This document shows positions 1-7,802 of a DNA stretch of 32,000 nt, piece by piece (position 1 is the stretch's first letter; the number at the start of each line of letters is the position of its first letter). Both the position numbers and the translations under genes were made by a program. The stretch lies in contig NZ_JBHSTI010000008.1 of the NCBI RefSeq assembly GCF_042660085.1, positions 930,001 to 962,000 of the forward strand. The letters run 5' to 3'. Under the pieces are notes generated by a model. That model was not told the DNA's origin. It made no database searches and saw only the letters and a program-made list of their open reading frames with translations. The DNA is from Longivirga aurantiaca. GTDB taxonomy: Bacteria; Actinomycetota; Actinomycetes; S36-B12; CAIYMF01.

Positions 1-1
1 C

Positions 2-124
2 TGGCGGCATGCGTCGTCGCTCGGCGGCGCGAGCGTGAACGACATCACGGACACGCAGCGGATCGACCCGCTGTCGGGCAACGCCGCGGTGCAGGCAGTG
101 CCCGTGACCGTCTCGCGCGCCTGA
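2..124 (+). CDS. 3' end of an unidentified CDS entering from the left edge (partial)
   Basis: This frame is open from the window edge to TGA at 122-124. Nearly every third codon position is G/C (..GGASVNDITDTQRIDPLSGNAAVQAVPVTVSRA*). The stop abuts the convergent rskA stop (TGATCA). The fragment is too short to assign a family. Confidence 0.4.
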   Translation, partial: WRHASSLGGASVNDITDTQRIDPLSGNAAVQAVPVTVSRA

Positions 125-898
125 TCAGACCGCGACGGCGAGGACCGGGGTCGTGGTCGGCGCGGCCGACCCGCCCTCGGGCTCGACCGTGACGCCGACG
201 CCGGTGGCGCCGGCCAGCTCGCCCTGCAGGACGACGGCGCTGCGCTCGCCCGCCGGTACGAAGCCGGCCGACGTGGCGGCGCCGGAGTCCGAGAGGTACC
301 AGATCTGGTACGTGCTGCCCGCGGGCGCGGGCGCCATGCCGTCGGTGACCAGCACCGACTTCCCGAGCGAGGCCGACGACACGACGGCCGCGCGACCGCC
401 GGTCGTGACGCTCGCCGTGGTCGTCGTGGCGTCCGCCGCCGTCAGCACGGCGGTGACCTCGGCAGCCTGAGCCGACACGGAGTCGAGCTGGTTGTCGAGC
501 TGCACCGCGCGGACGACCGCGCCACCGGCGACGAGCGCGAGAGCGGCGGCGACGCCGACGAGCCACGGCGAGGTACGGCGGGTGCGGCGCTCCCGGGCTG
601 CGGCCAGGTCGTCGACCGGCGCATCGGTGCGAGCAGCCGGCTCGACCACCGGTGCCTCGCCGACCGGCGGCAGGGGCCGCACCTGCGAGATGCCGGCGAG
701 CACGGACGACCGCAGCGACGGCGGGGGAGTCTCGGCGACGTCGAGCGCGAGCGCACCAGCGGCCTCGCGCAGCGAGCGGACCTCGTCGCGGCACGAGGCG
801 CACGACTCGAGGTGCTCCTCGAAGGCAGCCGACTCGGCGGGCTCGAGGGCGTCGAGGGCGTACGCGCCGGACAGCGCGTGGACATCTGCGTTCGTCAT
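125..898 (-). CDS. rskA: Anti-sigma-K factor RskA: N-terminal anti-sigma domain, one TM segment, extracytoplasmic RskA domain
   Basis: 257-aa ORF. The N-terminus LSGAYALDALEPAESAAFEEHLESCASCRDEV carries an H-x3-C-x2-C (ZAS-type) motif. A TM segment follows (SPWLVGVAAALALVAGGAVV). The C-terminal region (STYQIWYL..SAGF..VTVEPEGGS..PT) matches the RskA extracytoplasmic domain as I remember it from mycobacterial RskA. Its ATG overlaps the sigK stop (ATGA), indicating translational coupling. Confidence 0.85.
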   Translation of the reverse strand: MTNADVHALSGAYALDALEPAESAAFEEHLESCASCRDEVRSLREAAGALALDVAETPPPSLRSSVLAGISQVRPLPPVGEAPVVEPAARTDAPVDDLAAARERRTRRTSPWLVGVAAALALVAGGAVVRAVQLDNQLDSVSAQAAEVTAVLTAADATTTTASVTTGGRAAVVSSASLGKSVLVTDGMAPAPAGSTYQIWYLSDSGAATSAGFVPAGERSAVVLQGELAGATGVGVTVEPEGGSAAPTTTPVLAVAV

Positions 899-1506
899 GC
901 CTGCACCCCCAACGTGTCGCGGAGCCGGATCAGCCCGTCCCGCATCCTGGTCTTCACTGTCCCGAGCGGCACCCCGAGGAGGTCCGAGACCTCCCGGTGG
1001 GTGTAGCCGCCGTAGTAGGCCAGCGTGACAGCCTCTCGCTGCACGTCGGTCAGTGTCTCGAGGGCTCGCCGTACGCGGGCCTGCTCGAGCTTCGCCGTGA
1101 CCGCCTCGTCGACGACGTCGTACTCCGGGCCGTCGCCGACGGCGGCGTACCGGCGGTCGCGCTCGTGGGCGCTCTCGGCCGACCGCACCCGGTCGACCGA
1201 ACGGCGGTGCACGATCGTGAGCATCCAGGCCAGCGCCGACCCCCGTGCGGCGTCGAACCGGGCCGACTGCCTCCAGATCTCGAGGTACGCCTCCTGGGCG
1301 ACCTCCTCGGCCTGCGCCGGGTCGCGGACGACCCTGCGCGCGAGCCCGAAGACCTTGCTGCCGGTGAGGTCGTAGAGCTCGGCGAACGCGGCCTCGTCGC
1401 CGCGGCTCGATCTCGTCAGGAGCGAGGCCAGCACGCTGGCGAGCGGGGACGGGTCATCGCCGCCCGACGCATCGGGCGGGTCCGGCACCTCGATCTCCAC
1501 ACGCAC
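895..1506 (-). CDS. sigK: ECF RNA polymerase sigma factor, SigK-like (ECF19-type)
   Basis: Region 2 (DEAAFAELYDLTGSKVFGLARRVVRD..EEVAQEAYLEIWRQSARFDAARGSALAWMLTIVHRRSVDRVR) and region 4 (LTDVQREAVTLAYYGGYTHREVSDLLGVPLGTVKTRMRDGLIRLR) closely resemble M. tuberculosis SigK as recalled. The start is placed at GTG 1504-1506, preceded by GGGAG. GTG at 1498-1500 is an alternative. The ORF upstream of that point translates to Arg/Pro/Ser-rich sequence unlike any sigma factor. Confidence 0.85.
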   Translation of the reverse strand: MRVEIEVPDPPDASGGDDPSPLASVLASLLTRSSRGDEAAFAELYDLTGSKVFGLARRVVRDPAQAEEVAQEAYLEIWRQSARFDAARGSALAWMLTIVHRRSVDRVRSAESAHERDRRYAAVGDGPEYDVVDEAVTAKLEQARVRRALETLTDVQREAVTLAYYGGYTHREVSDLLGVPLGTVKTRMRDGLIRLRDTLGVQA

Positions 1507-1612
1507 AACACTCCCAGACCTCACCTCGTCGCACCTCCGTCCGCCTGCCCGGCTCCGCTCCGTCGCCGGGCGTCGTCGCTCTGTGTTCGGAGCCGGGGGG
1601 CGCGCGGATGGG

Positions 1613-3241
1613 TCAGCGGCGGATCGCGTCGAGCCCGAGCAGGGCGACGTGCAGCGAGAGGCACGACTCCACGGAGTCGAGGTCGACCGCGAGCACCTTC
1701 TCGATCTTGTGCAACCTCTCGTAGAAGCTGGGGCGCGACAGGTGCGCGGCATCCGCTGCCGCGGACTTGTTGCGGCCCGCGTTGAGGTATCCCCGGAGCA
1801 CGCCGACGAGGTCGGTGCCGTGCTGGGCGTCGTGCGCCAGCAGGGGGCCCAGCTCGCGCTCGACGAAGGTCTGCAGCCGGTCGTCGTCGCGCAGCAGGTG
1901 CAGGAGTCCGCGCAGCCGCACGTCGGGGAGGCGGTAGTAGGGCCGCGGGGAGGCGTCGTCGTCGGACGGCGCGGCATCGGCCACCTGCGCGGCCTCGAGG
2001 AACGCGCGGCGCAGGTCGCGCACGTTCGCCACCACCGAGCCGACCGCGACGACCCACCCCGATGCGGGGAGGACGGCCCGCCCGGCCGTGGCTCGCTTGG
2101 CGAGGGACGTCGAGAGGCGCCCGAGCACAGGATCGACGTCCTCCCGGGGCGGGAGCGAGAGCAGCACGCCCACGGTGGCGTCGTCGACGCCGCCCACCAG
2201 GCCCGCGGCCCGGCTGTCGCGCAGCGCGTCGGCCACCGTCTCCGCGAGGTCGCGCAGCCGTTCCTGGACCTCGAGCGCAGGCCCGACCGGGCCGCGGGTG
2301 AGGCGCACCAGGACGGCGACGAGGGCGTGCCCCTCGAGCGGCACCCCGAGCGCGGAGGCTCGCGCGACGAGCTCGGGGAGCGGCACGGAGCCCGCGATCA
2401 CGCCGGTGAGGAGCGTGCGGTGGGTCTGGCGCTCGAGCGACTCCCGGTCTCGTTCGACGAGCCGAGCCAGGGCGACCGTGGCCGCGCCCCGCTCGACGAG
2501 CATGGTGTCGCGCGGTGTCGGGGGAGCGTCGGTGCGCAGCAGCAGCCGGCCCCAGTCCTGCCCGCGGGCGCCGACCGTGGTCACGAGCCAGCCCGAGGAG
2601 TCGTCGTACCCGGTGCGCGCCGCCGTGCGCACCGCGCGGCTGCGGCCCTCCCAGTCGCCGAGCACGGCCGCGAGGTCCTGGCCTGCCGGGTCCACGGCGA
2701 GCACCTGGTGGGCGAGGTTCTCCAGCACCACCGGCCGGCCCGCCATCCGCGACACCTGCCGGACCACCTCGGTGGGGGAGGCGCCCTCCACCGTGAGCTC
2801 GGTGAAGGTGGCGTGGACGGCGTCCGACGCGCGGAGCTCGGCGATCTGCGCGTCGACGATGCGCGCGTGCACCTGCTCGGTGATCGTGGCGAACCTCGCC
2901 TCGCGGGTGAGCTCGACCAGGACCAGCCCGACCTCCTCGGCCGCCTGCACCATCGCGTCGGGCAGCCGGTCGAAGCGCCGTCCGGTCTCCACCATCACGC
3001 CGGTGACGCCCACGGCCGCGAGGCCCTGGACGTACGCCGCGAGGCCGGCGTCGTCGGTCGGCAGCAGCACGCCCGTCGTGAGCAGCAGCTCGCCGCCGCG
3101 CAGCAGGCGGGCGACGTCCGCGATCTCGGCCGCGTGGGTCCAGCGGACGGGACGGTCGAGGTGGCCGGCCCCGGCGCGCACGGCCGGCAGGCCGTCGCGC
3201 ACCGCGGGGAGCTCCAGCACCTCGGACACGGCGGGGTACAT
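1613..3241 (-). CDS. PucR/CdaR-family transcriptional regulator (regulator 1, divergent from the polyamine operon)
   Basis: 542 aa starting MYPAVSEVLELPAV..VRWTHAAEIADVARLLRGGELLLTTG, typical of a PucR N-terminal domain. The C-terminal PucR HTH reads LVGVLRGYLNAGRNKSAAADAAHLSRPSFYERLHKIEKVL. This is the 3' third of a 1529-aa track ORF, and the remainder of that ORF is antisense artefact. Confidence 0.85.
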   Translation of the reverse strand: MYPAVSEVLELPAVRDGLPAVRAGAGHLDRPVRWTHAAEIADVARLLRGGELLLTTGVLLPTDDAGLAAYVQGLAAVGVTGVMVETGRRFDRLPDAMVQAAEEVGLVLVELTREARFATITEQVHARIVDAQIAELRASDAVHATFTELTVEGASPTEVVRQVSRMAGRPVVLENLAHQVLAVDPAGQDLAAVLGDWEGRSRAVRTAARTGYDDSSGWLVTTVGARGQDWGRLLLRTDAPPTPRDTMLVERGAATVALARLVERDRESLERQTHRTLLTGVIAGSVPLPELVARASALGVPLEGHALVAVLVRLTRGPVGPALEVQERLRDLAETVADALRDSRAAGLVGGVDDATVGVLLSLPPREDVDPVLGRLSTSLAKRATAGRAVLPASGWVVAVGSVVANVRDLRRAFLEAAQVADAAPSDDDASPRPYYRLPDVRLRGLLHLLRDDDRLQTFVERELGPLLAHDAQHGTDLVGVLRGYLNAGRNKSAAADAAHLSRPSFYERLHKIEKVLAVDLDSVESCLSLHVALLGLDAIRR

Positions 3242-3658
3242 GCCGGCGAGGGGGTCGACGGGGTCCACGGGCGGCGAGGCTAGTCCGCCGCACCCCCTCG
3301 GTGCCATCACTGCGTCAGGCGAGCACGCCTCCGGCTTGCCAGGCTGTCGGTCACGGTTCGGCGGCAGTTGCCCGCCGGCAGGTAACGAACGCGTCATCCC
3401 GGTCGTCCGACACGCGGTGGACCGACGCGTGTGATCTGCGGGAAACAGCAGTTCTCGGTCACGATCACGATGCAATTCGTCGCTGGGACGGGATTCGGCC
3501 ACGGAATCCCTTGTCTCCCCTGGAGTGCCGTGCGAGGATCGCGGCGCCGGTGGCGGGCGTAGCCTCACGCTGCACGCACCCGGTCCGTCAGGGCGCCGTA
3601 CGCATCCCTGACAGCTCGGCCCGATGGCACGCACGTCTCGATGAGGAGGACGCCGGTG
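3242..3658. promoter_or_regulatory. 417-bp divergent control region between the PucR regulator and the aldehyde dehydrogenase/transporter operon
   Basis: Unusually long for this window and locally lower in GC. It has several inverted repeats: ACACGCG-N9-CGCGTGT (3410-3432), GGGATTC-N7-GAATCCC (3490-3510) and GTCAGGG-N12-CCCTGAC (3587-3612). It also has a direct TCACGA TCACGA repeat (about 3459-3471). The only ORF here (3301-3666) has poor third-position GC. Confidence 0.5.
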
Positions 3659-5146
3659 ATGGCTGACGGACACCTGTTCGTGGACGGCGCCTACCGCACG
3701 GGCGGCTCGGGCGCCTCGCACGACGTCGTGAACCCCGCCGACGGCGCGGTCGTCGCCACCGCGACGCTGGCCTCGCCGCAGGACGTCGACGACGCCGTCG
3801 TCGCTGCGGCCCGCGCGCAGCGCGGCTGGGGCGCGGCCACTCCGGGGGAGCGCTCGTCCGCCCTCGCCGCTCTCGCCTCCGTGATGGCCGACCGCGCCGA
3901 GGAGTACGCGCAGGTCGAGACGAGCCAGACCGGCAAGCCGATCAAGCTGACGCGTGAGTTCGACGTTCCCGGCTCGATCGACAACGTGTCCTTCTACTCC
4001 GGTGCCGCGCGCAACCTCGAGGGCCGCGCGTCGGCCGAGTACGACGGGGCGCACACCTCGGTCGTCCGTCGCGAGCCCGTGGGCGTCATCGGCTCGATCG
4101 CGCCGTGGAACTACCCGCTGCAGATGGCGATCTGGAAGGTCATGCCGGCGATCGCTGCGGGCAACGCCATCGTCCTCAAGCCCGCGGAGCTCACGCCGCT
4201 GACCGCGCTGATGCTCGCCGAGGACTGCCGCACCGCGGGCATCCCCGACGGCGTCGTCAACGTCGTGACCGGCGCGGGCCGCGTCGCGGGCGAGGCCCTG
4301 CTCGCGCACCCCACCGTGCGGATGGTGTCGTTCACCGGCTCCACCCCCGTCGGCCAGCGCGTGATGCAGGTCGCCGCGGGCACGGTGAAGCGGGTGCACC
4401 TCGAGCTCGGCGGCAAGGCGCCGTTCGTGGTGTTCGACGACGCCGACCTCGACGCAGCGGTGCAGGGAGCCGTCGCCGGCTCGCTCATCAACAGCGGCCA
4501 GGACTGCACCGCGGCCACCCGTGCCTACGTGCAGCGCCCGCTCTACGACGCGTTCGTCCAGGGTGTCGCGGACGTCATGCGCACGGTCCGGCTCGGCCTG
4601 CCCACCGACCCGAGCACCGATCTCGGGCCGCTCGTCTCGTTCGCCCAGCGCGACCGCGTCGCCGGCTTCGTCGAGCGCGCCCGCGGGTACGGCGCCAAGG
4701 TCGTCACCGGAGGCCAGGTCCCGGGCGGTGCGCTCGCCGCCGGTGCCTACTACGAGCCCACCCTCGTGGTGGATGCCGCACAGGATTCGGAGATCGTGCA
4801 GGACGAGATCTTCGGGCCCGTGCTCGTCGTGCTCCCGTTCGACACGGACGAGGAGGGCATCGCGCTCGCCAACGACACGCCCTTCGGCCTCGCCGCCTCG
4901 GCGTGGACCCGCGACGTCGTGCGCTCGATGCGCGCGAGCCGCGAGATCCAGGCGGGGTGCGTGTGGATCAACGACCACATCCCGATCGTCTCCGAGATGC
5001 CGCACGGCGGGTACAAGTCCTCCGGCTTCGGCAAGGACATGAGCCAGTACTCCTTCGACGAGTACACGCAGGTCAAGCACGTCTCGTTCGACATCACCGG
5101 CGACGTCCGCAAGGACTGGCACCGCACGATCTTCGGGGACCGCTGA
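3659..5146 (+). CDS. patD: gamma-Aminobutyraldehyde dehydrogenase (PatD/YdcW-like NAD-dependent aldehyde dehydrogenase)
   Basis: Similar along its full length to E. coli PatD as recalled: IAPWNYPLQMAIWKVMPAIAAGNAIVLKPAELTPLTAL, VRMVSFTGST, HLELGGKAPFVVFDDADLD, GQDCTAATRAYVQ, VSEMPHGGYKSSGFGKDMS. The catalytic Cys and Glu motifs are present. ATG at 3659 follows GAGGAGGA (3643-3650). Confidence 0.85.
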   Translation: MADGHLFVDGAYRTGGSGASHDVVNPADGAVVATATLASPQDVDDAVVAAARAQRGWGAATPGERSSALAALASVMADRAEEYAQVETSQTGKPIKLTREFDVPGSIDNVSFYSGAARNLEGRASAEYDGAHTSVVRREPVGVIGSIAPWNYPLQMAIWKVMPAIAAGNAIVLKPAELTPLTALMLAEDCRTAGIPDGVVNVVTGAGRVAGEALLAHPTVRMVSFTGSTPVGQRVMQVAAGTVKRVHLELGGKAPFVVFDDADLDAAVQGAVAGSLINSGQDCTAATRAYVQRPLYDAFVQGVADVMRTVRLGLPTDPSTDLGPLVSFAQRDRVAGFVERARGYGAKVVTGGQVPGGALAAGAYYEPTLVVDAAQDSEIVQDEIFGPVLVVLPFDTDEEGIALANDTPFGLAASAWTRDVVRSMRASREIQAGCVWINDHIPIVSEMPHGGYKSSGFGKDMSQYSFDEYTQVKHVSFDITGDVRKDWHRTIFGDR

Positions 5147-5233
5147 CCGGCACCCGACAGACGGATCACCGCGCAGATCCGTAGCCCAGACCCTCACCGC
5201 AGACAGCACGACACCACTGGAGGATCCGCACAG

Positions 5234-6457
5234 ATGGCAGACCAGCCGCTCGACCCCATGACCTCGGCCATCGTGTCGTCGATGTCCCGCCGCCGCTTCC
5301 TCCGTGCCGCGGGCATCGGTGGCGCGGCGATGGCCGCTGCCGCGTGCGGTGCGAAGGGCACCGGCGGTGGCTCCACGGCGAGCGCCTCCGGCGCGCCGTC
5401 GCCCTCCACCCAGCCCGACAAGTCCGACAGCGAGAAGCTCGTTAACTGGTCGAACTGGGTGTCCTACATCGACACCGACGACGAGAGCGGCGACCGTCCG
5501 TCCCTCGCCGAGTTCGAGAAGCAGACCGGCATCAAGGTCACGTACACCGAGGACGTCAACGGCAACCAGGACTTCTACGCGAAGGTCCGCGCCCAGCTCG
5601 AGCAGGGTCGCGACATCGGCCGCGACATCGTCGTGCTGACCGACTGGATGGCCGGGCTCTGGGTGAGCAAGGGCTTCGCCCTGCCCCTCGACGACGCCAA
5701 CATCCCCAACAAGGGCAACATCCTGCCCGCGCTCGCCGACCCGGCCTTCGACCCGAAGCGCGCGCACACGATGCCGTGGCAGAGCGGCTTCGCGGGCCTC
5801 GGCTACAACAAGGCGCTCCTCAAGGAGGCCACCGGCAAGGACTCGATGAAGTCCGTGGCCGACCTCTGGGACCCGGCCCTCAAGGGCAAGGTGACCGTCC
5901 TCGACGAGATGCGCGACACCATCGGCATCATCATGCTGGCGCAGGGCAAGGACCCGTCGAACTTCACCGACGACGACTTCAACGCCGCCGCCGACGAGCT
6001 CCAGAAGCAGCTCGACTCCGGCCAGATCCGCCAGGTCACCGGCAACGACTACCTGACGGCGCTCGAGAACAAGGACGTCGTGGCCGTCATCGGCTGGTCC
6101 GGCGACGTCGCCGCCCTCGGTGGCGACTACGAGTTCTCGCTGCCCGAGTCGGGCGGCACCCTGTGGACCGACAACATGCTGATCCCGGCGATGGCGGCGC
6201 ACCAGAAGAACGCCGAGGCCGTCATGAACTACTACTACGACCCGAAGGTCGCGGCGCAGGTGGCGGCGTACGTCCAGTACATCACCCCGGTCGCCGGCGT
6301 CCAGGAGGAGATCGCGAAGATCGACCCGGGCCTCACCGAGAACCAGCTGATCTTCCCGACGGAGGAGACGCTCTCGAAGGTCAAGATCTTCATGCCGCTC
6401 ACCCCGGCGCAGCAGACCAAGTACGAGCAGCAGTTCCAGCAGCTCATCGGCAACTGA
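5234..6457 (+). CDS. Spermidine/putrescine ABC transporter substrate-binding lipoprotein (PotD/PotF family) with Tat-type signal
   Basis: 407 aa. The signal region SRRRFLRAAGIGGAAMAAAACG combines a twin-arginine motif with a lipobox Cys. The mature part (LVNWSNWVSYID.., TVLDEMRD, LWTDNMLIPA) is PotD/PotF-like. GGAGGA lies about 9 nt upstream of the ATG. Confidence 0.85.
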   Translation: MADQPLDPMTSAIVSSMSRRRFLRAAGIGGAAMAAAACGAKGTGGGSTASASGAPSPSTQPDKSDSEKLVNWSNWVSYIDTDDESGDRPSLAEFEKQTGIKVTYTEDVNGNQDFYAKVRAQLEQGRDIGRDIVVLTDWMAGLWVSKGFALPLDDANIPNKGNILPALADPAFDPKRAHTMPWQSGFAGLGYNKALLKEATGKDSMKSVADLWDPALKGKVTVLDEMRDTIGIIMLAQGKDPSNFTDDDFNAAADELQKQLDSGQIRQVTGNDYLTALENKDVVAVIGWSGDVAALGGDYEFSLPESGGTLWTDNMLIPAMAAHQKNAEAVMNYYYDPKVAAQVAAYVQYITPVAGVQEEIAKIDPGLTENQLIFPTEETLSKVKIFMPLTPAQQTKYEQQFQQLIGN

Positions 6458-6464
6458 TCGTCCT

Positions 6465-6499
6465 GGCCGCGGGACGGGGCAAACCCCCGTCCCGCGGCC
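6465..6499 (+). terminator. Perfect 15-bp stem hairpin directly after the binding-protein gene (intercistronic attenuator/stabiliser)
   Basis: GGCCGCGGGACGGGG (6465-6479), loop caaac, then CCCCGTCCCGCGGCC (6485-6499). It begins 8 nt after the stop codon. No U-tract follows. Confidence 0.6.
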
Positions 6500-6546
6500 G
6501 ATCCGTGCGGCATGCTCGTAGGCACTGCCCGTGCCCCTCCCCGACG

Positions 6547-6582
6547 TCCAGCCCCTCCAGCCCCTCCAGCACCTCCAGCCTC
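6547..6582 (+). repeat. Four tandem copies of a 9-bp unit TCCAGCNCC
   Basis: The copies read TCCAGCCCC TCCAGCCCC TCCAGCACC TCCAGCCTC. They end immediately upstream of the GAAAGGG ribosome-binding site and GTG start of potA. Confidence 0.8.
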
Positions 6583-6599
6583 ATGAAAGGGCGGTCCCG

Positions 6600-7799
6600 G
6601 TGGCCCGTACCCCCGTCGTGACCGGACAGGTCGAAGACCTGCACCTGGTCGGCCTGACCAAGCGATTCGCGACCATGACGGCGGTCGACGCGCTCGACCT
6701 GACCATCCCCGCGGGCTCCTTCTTCGCCCTGCTCGGCCCGTCGGGCTGCGGCAAGACGACGACGCTGCGGATGGTGGCCGGCCTCGAGGACCCGACCGCC
6801 GGGGCGATCCTCATCGGCGACCGGGACGTCACCCAGCTGCGCCCCTACCAGCGGCCGGTCAACACCGTCTTCCAGAGCTACGCGCTCTTCCCGCACCTCG
6901 ACATCTTCGAGAACGTGGCCTTTGGCCTGCGCCGGCGCGGGATCAAGGACGTCAAGAAGCAGGTCGAGGACATGCTCGAGCTGGTCGAGCTCTCCCCGAT
7001 GGCCCGCCGCAAGCCCGGGCAGCTGTCCGGCGGCCAGCAGCAGCGAGTCGCCGTGGCCCGTGCGCTCATCAACCAGCCCGACGTCCTGCTGCTCGACGAG
7101 CCGCTCGGCGCCCTCGACCTCAAGCTGCGCCGCCAGATGCAGATCGAGCTCAAGCGCATCCAGACCGAGGTCGGCATCACCTTCGTGCACGTGACGCACG
7201 ACCAGGAGGAGGCCATGACCATGGCCGACACGGTCGCCGTCATGAACCAGGGCCGCATCGAGCAGATGGGGTCGCCCGCAGACATCTACGAGAACCCGCG
7301 GACCGCCTTCGTCGCGAACTTCCTCGGGCAGTCCAACCTGTTCCCGGGCTCGGTCGTCGGCCGCGAGAGCGACTCGATCCTCGTGAGCTCGCACGGCACG
7401 ACCTTCCGCATCCCGACCTCGCGCGTGGCCACGAGCGGCGACTCGGTCGTCGTCGGCGTCCGGCCCGAGAAGGTCACCATCCGAGCCACCGAGCGCGCAG
7501 GTTCCCCCGACGCCGCGCGCAACATGCTCACCGGTGTCGTCACGGATGCGTCGTTCACGGGTCTGTCCACCCAGTACCTCGTGCGGACGGCGTGGGGCCA
7601 GGAGCTGCAGGTGTTCTCGCAGAACCTCTCGGCCGACGACGTCGTCCGCCTCGGCGAGGACGTCGTCGTGTCGTGGGACCCGAGCCACACCTTCGGTCTC
7701 GACGGCGCGGAGGACCTCAACGCCGGCGTCGACAAGGAGCTGCTCGAGCTCGGCCACATCGCCGGGTCGGACGGCACCACGGCCTCGGTCGGGGGCTGA
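6600..7799 (+). CDS. potA: Polyamine ABC transporter ATP-binding protein (PotA-like)
   Basis: Walker A GPSGCGKTT, signature LSGGQQQRVAVARAL and Walker B LLLDEPLGALD are present, plus a C-terminal TOBE-like regulatory domain. The start is placed at GTG 6600, 8 nt after GAAAGGG. The track ORF starts at 6531, but that extension consists of the 9-bp repeat translated as QPLQPLQHLQP. Confidence 0.85.
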   Translation: MARTPVVTGQVEDLHLVGLTKRFATMTAVDALDLTIPAGSFFALLGPSGCGKTTTLRMVAGLEDPTAGAILIGDRDVTQLRPYQRPVNTVFQSYALFPHLDIFENVAFGLRRRGIKDVKKQVEDMLELVELSPMARRKPGQLSGGQQQRVAVARALINQPDVLLLDEPLGALDLKLRRQMQIELKRIQTEVGITFVHVTHDQEEAMTMADTVAVMNQGRIEQMGSPADIYENPRTAFVANFLGQSNLFPGSVVGRESDSILVSSHGTTFRIPTSRVATSGDSVVVGVRPEKVTIRATERAGSPDAARNMLTGVVTDASFTGLSTQYLVRTAWGQELQVFSQNLSADDVVRLGEDVVVSWDPSHTFGLDGAEDLNAGVDKELLELGHIAGSDGTTASVGG

Positions 7800-7802
7800 T
7801 CC

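Noticed and set aside
1549-1596. CCGGCTCCG / CGGAGCCGG inverted repeat between the PucR stop and the sigK start, as a possible terminator
   Set aside because: A 9-bp stem with a ~30-nt loop makes a weak hairpin. It also overlaps the candidate sigK promoter, so I did not list it as a feature.
3505-3520. Shared ATCC(C)TTGTC string between the two PucR-associated divergent regions (3505-3520 and 21657-21668)
   Set aside because: This is a match of only 8-9 nt with an indel, in different palindromic contexts. It is too short to distinguish from chance without comparative data.
3540-3620. Possible riboswitch in the patD leader. Some k-mers (ACCCGGTC, GCGCCGTAC, CAGG) reminded me of the guanidine-III (ykkC-III) element, and ACGA/ACGC loops of mini-ykkC
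   Set aside because: The order and pairing of these segments do not reproduce the pseudoknot or tandem-hairpin architecture as I remember it. My memory of the consensus is not exact. It needs a covariance-model scan (cmscan/Rfam) before any claim.
3301-3666. 121-aa plus-strand ORF inside the long intergenic region
   Set aside because: About one third of its codons end in A/T, against nearly none in the confirmed genes. There is no ribosome-binding site and no recognisable motif. It runs into the patD start region. I treat it as non-coding.
3242-6202. Upstream two-thirds of the 1529-aa minus-strand track ORF (1613-6202)
   Set aside because: Only the 3' 1629 nt (1613-3241) encode a recognisable PucR protein with a proper N-terminal domain start. 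The rest is antisense to the well-supported patD and binding-protein genes. It translates to Arg/Gly/Asp/Val-rich low-information sequence typical of open antisense frames in high-GC DNA.
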